Of a DNA stretch of 32,000 bases, positions 18,944 through 28,588 are shown in pieces. Every line of letters begins with the position of its first letter. Position 1 is the first letter of the stretch. Both the position numbers and the translations under genes were made by a program. This DNA is from Paramicrosporidium saccamoebae KSL3. Lineage: Eukaryota > Fungi > Cryptomycota. The stretch is from positions 1-32,000 of the forward strand of contig MTSL01000003.1 in NCBI GenBank assembly GCA_002794465.1, given 5' to 3'. A model generated the notes under the pieces. That model was not told the DNA's origin, did no database searches, and saw only the letters and a list, made by a program, of their open reading frames with translations.

Positions 18944-19945
18944 ATGCAAGTTCCATGGTGGGTGCCTTTATCGCTCTCGTGGCTATCGATGGCTCGCTCT
19001 GTAGGTGCCTCGGGTTTTGGTTTTCTTGAAGGCACTGACGACTCTTGGTGGACTGGCGTTCCTGCAGAACTTATTAGCGCCGAAAGCACTTCCGAGAGCC
19101 CCTTGGAGGCGGATTCCAGATCCATTTCATTCATTATGGGTAAAACAAGGATTGAAAGGACTATTGATGTATCGCCATGGGATGAAAGAGAAAGGACGAG
19201 ATCAGCTCCGAAACCACGGGCAAAGCAAATCGTACCAGCATTACCGCAAGTGGCGAATCGAAATATAAGGGCCGTAGGTGTAAATTCCAATAGAGGCAGG
19301 AGCCAGTTCAAAACTAATCGCCCTTCCGTAATTACGAAATGGGCGCTGGGTGATTCCACGAAATCGTCTTTTCATTTCGAGGAAGTAGTGGTGGTTGGTG
19401 CAGAACCCAAAATGACTGATCAGGGCCTGAGACTGAAGATGGAACGCTTCGTTTGCGAGACTACATTGAAGACCATTACGATCCAATTTGACAGAGACAA
19501 TAGTGGTGATCCTGCAACCGCATTTAAAGGCCTAAGAGTTGCTCTGCAGAAGGATACCGATTCGGGGTTGTTTAAGATTGCCACAAAATCGTCCAAACGC
19601 TCTCCTGTCGACGCATGCATATTTCGATCGTTCTCTGGAAAGTACAGGACCGTCATCGATATCGACGACTCTGAGATGCTGCAAAACGGCGACATTGTCA
19701 TCATAGGTCCTACAGAGTCAACTGGTATGTTCCATGCTAAAGAATTTTCGTCATCAGATTCCCTGATCAATATTGTGTCAAGGCTGTTAAAGCAAGTTGA
19801 ATGGGTGATGGCCGCAAAAATTGCTGTACGGCCTGAGCGGGATGCACTGCCAGAGCCTAAACCCGTTGCTATCGCAGAAAATCAAACAATCGAATGGATT
19901 GAAGCTAAAATCCACGAACTTTTCGAAAACAGTAGAAAGAAATAG
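18944..19945 (+). CDS. Putative secreted degenerate PP2C-fold family protein, paralog E (most divergent)
   Basis: N-terminus MQVPWWVPLSLSWLSMARS (weaker signal peptide). Motifs SPVDACIFRSFSGKYRTVI, LQNGDIVIIG, WVMAAKIAV. Confidence 0.65.
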   Translation: MQVPWWVPLSLSWLSMARSVGASGFGFLEGTDDSWWTGVPAELISAESTSESPLEADSRSISFIMGKTRIERTIDVSPWDERERTRSAPKPRAKQIVPALPQVANRNIRAVGVNSNRGRSQFKTNRPSVITKWALGDSTKSSFHFEEVVVVGAEPKMTDQGLRLKMERFVCETTLKTITIQFDRDNSGDPATAFKGLRVALQKDTDSGLFKIATKSSKRSPVDACIFRSFSGKYRTVIDIDDSEMLQNGDIVIIGPTESTGMFHAKEFSSSDSLINIVSRLLKQVEWVMAAKIAVRPERDALPEPKPVAIAENQTIEWIEAKIHELFENSRKK

Positions 19946-21155
19946 GTCGAATTGGTGAGATGATAATGCGCCATCTATCCAATAAATATTTATTTTTGTA
20001 TCTGGTCTATGTCAATTGCTAGAGCTCCGCTTCGCCGACATGTCCCGTTGATAAGCTTTCCCTCAAGAAATGGTACCCCGAAAGGAGCGTCTCCCCTAAA
20101 TACTACAAAGATAGTACTCTGCTCCACTCTGTCTGGACGTCGATATACCCCACATCCTTGGAGTATTCAAGAGATGGAATGCATTAGGGTACTTATGCGC
20201 TCGTTGTGCGTCTGACTATCTAGACTGGAGGCGCATCCCTTTTTAGTTCTGTAAAGACAAAAAAGTAAAACGTATACAAGCAATAAGAGTAGTTATGCGC
20301 TCTTGGCCTGCCTGATTGTCGATTAGGGCAGTTAATGCTCAACTGATAATAGTACACAGATTTAGCAGTAGTAAGCGACTATGGAATAATCGCCACTGAT
20401 TACTTGTTCGAGCGGAGGATGATGTGATTCTAGGTTGGACTGTTCAAACACGAGTACGAGAGTGGGGGCACAGGTTCAGGTGAATGCAAGTGTAAATTTT
20501 TCTTTTCATCGATCACGCTCTTCAGACATTGCGCAAATGCCCCATTTTACCGCTTCATAAATGCATTTCTACCGCTCCCATAAAGGCTTGTTCCAAATCC
20601 AGTATAAATTTGACACTCTTTACCGGGGCTACTGGCTCGCAAGACCTTTGCGGATGCGCTCCTCCGCGCCACAGAGATAAGACGTAGCCCCGAGCAATCG
20701 GACCTTGTCCATCCAGCTTGCCCTGCAAGTTGATGTGAACAAAGACCGACATTTGTATACAGCAAAAGATACAAGCGGCCCTTCGAAGCGCTTCCGACAC
20801 TACAGTGGTCGGGTGCGTCAAAATGAGGCCTAGATTGGTGACGTGTTCGGTCGCTCAACCAGGCGCCTCTTGGCGGTCTTGGTGAGGGCATTACCCAAAC
20901 ACGGAACATTTCATGTCATGTACATTAAAAGCAAGCCGAGTATTCTATTAGCGAGTGTACACAGCGCGGCACAGCACAACAGGCCATAGCATGGCATAGC
21001 ATAAACATGAATAAAGTGTTGTGCTGCTACGAAAAAGTTTTGGCTGATTAAAATCCTTTAGCCTGTATTACAAGTCTCACTGATTCTCAGTCAATAGTAT
21101 GAAACTCTCGCTACAAAAATCCTTATCTCTACTGCCCACTTTCCAGGGTTAGAGA

Positions 21156-23264
21156 ATGGGTCTCCCCCGAGTTGGCCCAAAAGTAGCAAATCGCAAGGCC
21201 CATGAGCGGAAATCCAAAACAGAGCGCAAGAACAAGGACAAAGACGAGATCGATGCCCTAGAGAAGCGCATATCTGACGGAATACAGTTTATCACACCGC
21301 CTGTACGTTTCAGTGAGCTTGCCATCTCGACAAAAACTCTAAAGGGTCTTGAGGATGCTCATTTCCTTGAACTCACTGATATTCAAAAGTGTGCCCTCCC
21401 TATTGCCTTGAGTGGACTTGATATACTGGGAGCCGCCAAGACTGGGAGCGGGAAGACGCTCTCCTTCCTTGTGCCGATCCTAGAGCGACTTTATCGGTCC
21501 AAGTGGACGCGGTTTGACGGCCTAGGAGCCTTGGTGCTCTCGCCAACTCGTGAACTTGCGCTGCAGACGTTTGAAGTGTTGCGGAATATTGGGAGAAACC
21601 ACGGGCTCTCGGCTGGTCTGGTTATTGGAGGAAAGGACCTTAAAAGCGAACAGGAGGCCATCTCACGAATGAACATTTTGGTTGCCACTCCCGGACGTCT
21701 CTTGCAGCACATGGACCAGACTACAGTGTTCGAGTGGAGTCAGTTGAAAGTGCTAGTGTTGGATGAAGCTGATCGCATTCTTGACCTGGGCTTTGCCAAA
21801 ACGGTGGATGCTATTGTCAAGGCCCTTCCAAAAGAGAGACAAACCATGCTTTTTTCCGCCACTCAGACCGACTCCATCTCCGCCCTCGCTCGGCTTAGTC
21901 TACGTGATCCCGTAGTAATGTCCGTCCACGCACAGCAGGAAAATGCTACACCTGATCAGCTTGAGCAGACCTTTATCATGTGCCCACTCTCAGAGAAGAT
22001 GGATCGATTGTTTTCGTTCATCAAGGCGCATCTAAAGACCAAGATGATTGTCTTCTTTTCAAGCTGCAAGCAAGTGCGTTTCGCCTATGAGGCATTCTGC
22101 CGACTACAGCCTGGTGTTCCTCTGATGCATATTCATGGACGACAGAAGCAGAGTAAGCGGATGACAATATTCTACGAATTTTGTCGCAAACCAAGTGCGG
22201 TTCTTTTTGCCACTGATGTGGCGGCTAGAGGTCTTGATTTTCCTGCTGTGGATTGGGTCGTCCAAGGCGACTGTCCAGAGGACGTCGATACTTATATCCA
22301 TCGCGTTGGAAGAACGGCGCGGATTGGAAAGGCTGGAAATGCAGTATTGTTTATACTTCCTTCTGAAAAGCACATGCTGACGTTGCTGAGGGAAAAGAGA
22401 GTCCCCATCAAGGCCATGTATCCAGAAAATCGACCTCTTCCACCTGCCAAACGACCTGTTCGCAGTCAACTGGAAGCACTGTGCTCCCAGGATGCAGAAA
22501 TCAAGTACTTGGCCCAGAAGGCGCTAGTCTCATACGTCAGATCCATCTTTCTGCACTCCAATAAGAGCGTCTTTAAAGTTGAAGAGCTCCCTATTGATGA
22601 ATTTGCTTTGAGCCTTGGTCTGTCAGGAGCCCCCCGACTTCGGTTTGTTCCACGATCCAACGCTAAGAATGACTCTCGTCAGCTTGCAGACATAGCCAGT
22701 GATGATTCAGACTCTGATGAAGCCAGTCTTGAGGAAACTAAATCCGAGACTGTCTTGCCCAAAAAATCGACATCCAAAATAGACAAAATGTTCCGTCGCA
22801 AAAACCTGGACGTCTATTCGGAACATTACTCAAAGCTCCGTGATCAAACTAGCGTTCAGGAAGATGACTTCCTTACTATTAAGCGTAAAGACCATGACAT
22901 TCAAGCTGAAGAGTCTGCGCCTGCTAACGTTACACTGTCAAGGAAAGACATTTTAAAGACCAAGAAAAAATATTCGATCAAGACAGGACCCCGTGGTGCC
23001 CATCACGTTTTTGATGAGGATACTGGAGAGGCACGTCGGGTTGTTCCATTTGCTTCCGAGTCTACCTTTGATCACGGAAATGCGACTCGTCTTGCAGAAG
23101 AGTTTGTCGCTTCTGAAACGACTCAAATGAAAGCCATTGATCGCGACGATGCCGCCCGCCAACGTGAAGCCAGGAGGGCCCTTCGTATTAATCGGAAGCG
23201 TAAAGAGAAGGAAGTGAAGAGGAACAGCCATGCCGATAAAGCACCGCGGCTTTCAAATGAATAA
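21156..23264 (+). CDS. DBP4: DEAD-box RNA helicase DBP4/DDX10
   Basis: GAAKTGSGKT, PTRELA, TPGRLLQHMD, DEAD, SAT, ARGLD, HRVGRTAR and the Dbp4-type ALGLSGAPR C-terminal extension. Confidence 0.95.
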   Translation: MGLPRVGPKVANRKAHERKSKTERKNKDKDEIDALEKRISDGIQFITPPVRFSELAISTKTLKGLEDAHFLELTDIQKCALPIALSGLDILGAAKTGSGKTLSFLVPILERLYRSKWTRFDGLGALVLSPTRELALQTFEVLRNIGRNHGLSAGLVIGGKDLKSEQEAISRMNILVATPGRLLQHMDQTTVFEWSQLKVLVLDEADRILDLGFAKTVDAIVKALPKERQTMLFSATQTDSISALARLSLRDPVVMSVHAQQENATPDQLEQTFIMCPLSEKMDRLFSFIKAHLKTKMIVFFSSCKQVRFAYEAFCRLQPGVPLMHIHGRQKQSKRMTIFYEFCRKPSAVLFATDVAARGLDFPAVDWVVQGDCPEDVDTYIHRVGRTARIGKAGNAVLFILPSEKHMLTLLREKRVPIKAMYPENRPLPPAKRPVRSQLEALCSQDAEIKYLAQKALVSYVRSIFLHSNKSVFKVEELPIDEFALSLGLSGAPRLRFVPRSNAKNDSRQLADIASDDSDSDEASLEETKSETVLPKKSTSKIDKMFRRKNLDVYSEHYSKLRDQTSVQEDDFLTIKRKDHDIQAEESAPANVTLSRKDILKTKKKYSIKTGPRGAHHVFDEDTGEARRVVPFASESTFDHGNATRLAEEFVASETTQMKAIDRDDAARQREARRALRINRKRKEKEVKRNSHADKAPRLSNE

Positions 23265-23553
23265 CCAACTAGAACAAATATATAAATATCCAATGTATTG
23301 GCCTATTTTGTGAGGGCAAAAATGCCATGCCATGCGTGGGAGGTTGTAACAATGATCGGGGGTTGTGTCTGTATACATTGCACAATTTTTAATAAGGATC
23401 GAAGGGATTTATAGTAGCCTTTGTCTCTAGGTCATGACGTTTTCTCGTTCACTTACTCACCCACTCCCGCATAAAGACTTTATCTCTTGACCATTAATAT
23501 ACTCTCCCAAATATCCCTCCGCATTAGTAATAAATCTAAAGAGCCGTGTTTGC

Positions 23554-23984
23554 CTAGGATAGTCCCGAAAGGTCTTGTTTAAGATCGCTGGCCGGCTCGC
23601 CTGGTTTCAAACGGGCAAAGACTATTAAATTAAGAATAATACCCAAGATAACATACACTCGTCATATACAACCCAAAGAAGTTCTTTCGACCCGAAAATC
23701 CTTATTGAGGCATTTTGGTGCTCAACTTCAAAGCAGGATTCATAAGTAGTCAGTCGTGTTAAAGGATGAAGCGTAAATTCGCCTCTGATCCGAAAAGTAA
23801 AATCAAACTTATGCCAGGCAAGTAGCAGATCATCGCCCTCTATGTGGCAGGAGCAGGGACCGCTCCTAAGCATTATCTTAACGCTCTCGTTATGGGTCCT
23901 GGCAAAGTACTCGGCATTGAAAACACTCGAAGCGATGGTGTTGGCCAAGAGTCCAAACCAAATGAAGATATAAAAGTTTGCCAT
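23554..23984 (-). CDS. Small secreted protein (131 aa after splicing); intron 23622-23656
   Basis: Signal peptide MANFYIFIWFGLLANTIAS. Removing the 35-nt GTATGT..CTTAAT..TAG intron extends the frame to ...VVYDEFFARLKPGEPASDLKQDLSGLS*. Confidence 0.7.
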
Positions 23985-24075
23985 GTTGCAACTACAGGGG
24001 TGGATGTGTTTTATTAAATCGACTCACCCTGTGAGGTTCGTAATAAGACCCTCTACTGGAATCTCCGATCCGTAG

Positions 24076-24222
24076 TTACACTACCTCACGCATCCCTATC
24101 GTGTTTCTAATCCACTGTGGCCCTTGGTCGATGCTCCTCTCACCCCCATCAACATTGCCACTATTCTCGCGAATGACGTTGACCAGGAATCCAAAGCAAG
24201 TGAGGAGATAAAAGTTTGCCAT
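24076..24222 (-). pseudogene. Chimeric 48-codon ORF: duplicated signal peptide fused to sequence derived from the NDUFV1 3' end
   Basis: MANFYLLTCFGFLVNVI (homologous to the 23984 gene) followed by RENSGNVDGGERSIDQGPQ..., whose DNA aligns to 24560-24685. Confidence 0.6.
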
Positions 24223-24321
24223 GTAACTCTAAACTACAGGGGGCGGATGTGCTGTACTAAATTGATCCCTCCTGTAAAGCTCGTGATAAGGCTCGTTAAG
24301 CAGTATCCGCCTGTTATTTAG

Positions 24322-24385
24322 GGATCCGACCCAGACATTTATGCGATCCCACAATCTAGTGTGTCAAGGATGGCTGCCTATATGT
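24322..24385 (+). promoter_or_regulatory. Dispersed promoter-like module, copy 2
   Basis: GGATCCGACCCAGACATTTATGCGATCCCACAATC...GGATGGCTGCCTATA aligns to 29644-29703. Confidence 0.65.
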
Positions 24386-24494
24386 CGCGTAGTGGGGATA
24401 ATACCACAGACGGGAAGGGGAGTTTGTTTACTGCTAGTCCTATAACAGTATGGATACACATTTTACTGTCCTGAAATACCCAACAAAGCGATCC
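24386..24494. repeat. Dispersed ~110-bp repeat, copy 2
   Basis: Aligns to the reverse complement of 1373-1479 with a 1-nt indel. Confidence 0.85.
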
Positions 24495-24613
24495 ACTCTA
24501 GCACTCAAATGCCCAACTAATATGCCACATTTTCTAATAAAACCTATTCACCTATCACCAAGGGCCTTTATTGAAGTCCCCGATCCGTAGTTACACTATC
24601 TCCACACACTTTA

Positions 24614-26063
24614 CTATCGCGATTCCAGTTCGCTGTGGCCCTTTATCGATGCTCTCTCCCCATCACCATTGCGGATTCTTCGTTCGAGTTCGGGTCGGAA
24701 GTGTCTAATCAATCCCTACAACTAAGTGCCGCAACGGCAAAATTACTTGGACCGGCCAGGCTGCGGCATCTCCGAGCGCACAGATAGTGTGTCCCTCAAT
24801 CTGACGGCTAAGATCGTCTAGCATGTCAATTTCTTCGGACCGTGCGTCGCCCTTTACCAAGCGCCACATCATCTTCTCCATCCATCCGGTTCCCTCGCGA
24901 CACGGAGTACACTGTCCGCAGCTTTCGTGTCGGTAGAAAGAGGCCAAGCGAGCAATTGCCTTTACAATATCTGTTGACTTGTCCATCACTATGACAGCAG
25001 CCGTTCCGAGTCCACTCTGTGCATCTTTGAGACTGTCAAAGTCCATTCTACAATTTGACTGGACAAATGAAAAAGTTTACAAAACAGTCTCACACATAGA
25101 CTTTGGTAACAAAGGAACGGATGATCCGCCCGGTATTATGGCCAGGAGATTATCCCAGCCCCCTCGAACGCCTCCAGCGTGCTTTTCCACAAGCTCTTTG
25201 AGAGGAACGCTCATAGTCTCCTCAACTGTACAAGGACTATTGACATGTCCCGAAATTGCGTACAACTTGGTGCCCGAATTCTTTGGTCGTCCAAATGAAT
25301 CGAACCAACTACCGCCTCTACGGAGGATAGTCGGTGCAACGGCAACGGTCTCGACATTTGCCACCGTGGTGGGGCAACCAAACAATCCGATATCTGCCGG
25401 GAATGGAGGTTTCAGCCTTGGCTTTCCCTGTTTTCCCTCAATGCTTTCAATAAGCGCAGTCTCTTCGCCACAAATGTACGCTCCAGCACCTCGATGGACA
25501 TAAATGTCAAAGTCATAGCCTGAACCACAAGCATTCTTGCCAATCAGTCCCGCTGCATAGGCCTCATCAATCGCAACTTGGAGAGTGGAAGTTTCGTTAT
25601 AAAACTCGCCACGGACGTAAATGTACGCAGCGCTTGCATTCATTGCGCGACCGGCTACGAGACATCCCTCTACTAGCTTGTGCGGCTCCTTGCGCATAAT
25701 CTCCCGATCCTTGCAAGTTCCCGGCTCGCCCTCATCTGCATTGACAACCAAATACCTTGGACGCCCATCAGGTTTCTTTCCATTCATAAAACTCCATTTT
25801 AGACCGCTTGGAAATCCAGCCCCTCCTCGTCCACGTAGTCCAGAGTCTTTTATTTCTTTAATAATCCATTCATGTCCCTTTAAAATAATCTCCTTGGTTT
25901 TATACCAATCACCTCGCGATAGCGCTCCTGTAAGCCCCCAATGCTGTCGTCCATACAGATTCGTAAAAATACGGTCCTCGTCGGCAAGGCCGCTGGTTAT
26001 CCGCTCTGTTCCAAATGCTCTCCGAGTCCACCTGCACCGTCGGAGTACCCGTTGGGAGAGCAT
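24614..26063 (-). CDS. NDUFV1: NADH:ubiquinone oxidoreductase 51-kDa flavoprotein subunit; introns 25048-25080 and 24716-24746
   Basis: [62 protein letters not shown]. Splicing restores ETVLMDFD and [12 protein letters not shown]. Upstream in-frame ATGs at 26087 and 26102 are alternative starts. Confidence 0.96.
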
Positions 26064-26117
26064 CTTGATTGGCTGCACCCCTGGCATCGGTCTACTTAGC
26101 ATCGGCTAACCCTCACC

Positions 26118-26150
26118 GTACGAACCATCCATCCGTAGCTAACTGCCTAG
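26118..26150 (+). other. Predicted 33-nt 5'-UTR intron ending immediately before the RPL17 ATG
   Basis: GTACGA donor, GCTAAC branch site and TAG acceptor abutting the ATG at 26151. No upstream ATG is present in the gap. Confidence 0.7.
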
Positions 26151-26657
26151 ATGGTGTATTCATTCCAGGCCGATAATTTGAGCAAGTCTTGCCAAGCCAC
26201 TGGTAAGTATCTCCGTGTTCACTTCAAGAACACCCGCGAGACCGCCATGGCCATCAAGGGAATGAAGCTTGTGAAGGCCCAAAAGTTCCTTGAGGACGTT
26301 GTCGACCACAAGCAGGCCGTTCCTTTCCGCCGTTTCCGCGGTGGAGTAGGCCGCTGCGCTCAGGCCCACGTTTGGGGTGTCACCCAGGGACGCTGGCCCG
26401 AGAAGAGCTGCAAGTTTGTCCTCGGTCTTCTCAAGAACCTCGAGAGCAACGCAGAGGCCAAGGGTTTGAACTTGGAAAAGGTTGTGGTTAAGCACGTTCA
26501 GGTTAACCAGGCACCCAAGATGCGTCGCCGCACCTACCGTGCCCACGGACGTGTCAATGCCTACATGAGCTCGCCTTGTCATATTGAACTCGTATGCATG
26601 GAGGAAGATATCACGGTCCCCAAGGCTGCCGATAACAAGATGGTCTCCAAGAACTAA
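26151..26657 (+). CDS. RPL17: 60S ribosomal protein L17 (uL22)
   Basis: [58 protein letters not shown]. Confidence 0.97.
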   Translation: MVYSFQADNLSKSCQATGKYLRVHFKNTRETAMAIKGMKLVKAQKFLEDVVDHKQAVPFRRFRGGVGRCAQAHVWGVTQGRWPEKSCKFVLGLLKNLESNAEAKGLNLEKVVVKHVQVNQAPKMRRRTYRAHGRVNAYMSSPCHIELVCMEEDITVPKAADNKMVSKN

Positions 26658-26752
26658 GGTCTATATCTAATACACATGAGTTTATACAAACACTGGTAAA
26701 TTGTGAGTGAGTTGTGTGTAGACATTTTGGGTGTTGTGAATAAGAATTCACC

Positions 26753-26882
26753 GTAACCATCTTGACTAAGAATTGGGAGTAGCCATCTTGACTAGGAATT
26801 AGGAGTAGCCATCTTGACTAGGAATTAGGAGTGGCCATCTTAAGTAAGAATTAGGAGTAACCATCTTGACTAAGACTTATGA
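26753..26882. repeat. 26-bp minisatellite, 5 copies
   Basis: Consensus GTAGCCATCTTGACTAGGAATTAGGA. Confidence 0.92.
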
Positions 26883-27112
26883 GTAAACATTCCGAGTAAA
26901 AACCATCATCGCAAGACAATAATCCTCTACATCACATATTGATGGTTGGTCGTTGGATTGGTAGTGAACGGACCCACTTTTTCCACCTGGCTCACTACGC
27001 AACACATCGGATTGAATTTATGATATAACTATTTAGATTGGGATCATCAATCATTTGCGGATACTGTCCAATGCATTATCAAACATTTCATACACCAACA
27101 CATCTAGTCGTG

Positions 27113-28518
27113 TCACCACGAGCCGTTCTTGTCGCGAATAGCAAGTTCCACCAGCTTCCATCCTCCCGTAGTCTCATTCACTCGTCCAGTCACCGGTATC
27201 TCTTCTTTGGCAAGTGCCATAACATAAAGCACATTTTCTATATTGTCCTCGGATCCCTCAACAATGCTCCCCCCAGCGTCACGCATATATGAAATCTGCT
27301 GAGTGTTGAACGACAACACAACAACAGGCGTAGTGTCTAGTAGTTTGGCAGTGACAAGCTCGACGTGGCGCATATCCAGTACACGTCCCTCAAGTCGGCA
27401 CCCAGGCTTTAATTGGGCCTCAAAGTTGGCCTTGAGCATGTTGTACATTGCCTCAGAACACCAAACTCTTAACGTGGGGAGATCACCAGCAATAAAAGCA
27501 TCCAGGATCTCGGGTATAATGCTCTCCGTAGTAAATTTCATAAACTTTTCAATATGAAAAGTGGGGTCTCGGGCCTGAATCTCGCGCATCGCACGCGCCG
27601 TCTCGTTTTCGGAAAAAATAGAAGCGAAACGATCACCGATAGAGTTGGTGATTTCGCGTGCAAAATACACAAAAACGTTGTTGCTCTCATCGTAAGCCCT
27701 TTTCACTCCAAATAGCTTCTGCAAGACCGAGCTGTTCTCCACAAAATTGTTCCATTTGGAAGACCATTTGGACTCTTTATGGACTACCACATTTGCACCT
27801 GCCCTACATATAATGAGAAGGAATGGGCTATTGTGTACTCTGGATCCGCCTCTGTCGGCTTTTCGGGCAGGGATTGCTCACTTTCCACCGTTTTAGAACG
27901 TGACCTTTCTCGTAGCTCTCTGGATTTAAATCCACCATACTGATAAATGTTTGTATTCTCCAAAATTTTCTCTTCTGCTTCATTCACAGTCTTGCCTACT
28001 TGCTTGACAACTTCCGACTCGGTAATGTCAGGAACATATGGCTTAATTTTCTCCCCCAGCATTCGTACGGGCTCTGCTGCAGTAGAAATGGTGCTCCCGA
28101 CTTTGCTTGTCACATTACCGACCGCTTGTTTTACAGCATGCGCCTTCTCCTTGACGTCTGTTACGATGGCCTCATTCTGGCGCAACACGTCCTCCTTAGC
28201 TTTCGCCAAAATTTCCTTGGCCTTCTTATAAGACTCGTTCTGATTCAGCTCTGTCAGCTTCTCTTCTAGTTTCTGCACGCTAACCTTCAAGTCCTCATCC
28301 TTAGTCTCTTTCTTTATATTTTCAGCAAACTTTCGGAAAACGCTGCCCGATTCAGAGTTGTTCGATGCGCCAGAACCAAAGGCCCGCTTTCTGTCATTCT
28401 ATAGAATATGAATGCACCATCCAAACACACATACAGTTATCCATCTATACAGCAGTGCATCTCTACGGAGCGGTCTGGCATGGTAGCCTCGGAAAAAGAC
28501 AGCACCCAATCCTCGCAT
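27113..28518 (-). CDS. TIM44: Mitochondrial import translocase subunit Tim44; introns 28399-28434 and 27804-27838
   Basis: Tim44 domain (FSENETARAMREIQARDPTF...PEILDAFIAGD..TLRVWCSEA..F.TQQI). Splicing gives an Arg-rich presequence MRGLGAVFFRGYHARPLRR. Confidence 0.9.
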
Positions 28519-28588
28519 TATCTTAGGACCCAATCAGATTTGCGGACTATATTTGTGGCAGGCCATTGCGCAAACGCCTGTCTGCTCA

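Noticed and set aside
23625-23656. Apparent similarity of WVVYDECMLSWVLFL to the repeat peptide WVFEDGEMCIHTILGL
   Set aside because: Most of the matching residues come from the predicted intron, so the similarity is coincidental.
24386-24420. tRNA- or snRNA-like reading of GTAGTGGGGATAATACCAC
   Set aside because: There is only a short GTGG/CCAC hairpin, with no cloverleaf, B-box or recognisable U-snRNA motifs.
24705-24746. Track C-terminus [13 protein letters not shown] for NDUFV1
   Set aside because: It is read-through of a 31-nt intron; splicing gives the canonical GLIRHFRPE.
9232-26882. Short direct-repeat arrays as possible CRISPR arrays
   Set aside because: The units are directly adjacent with no unique spacers, there are no cas genes and the context is eukaryotic.
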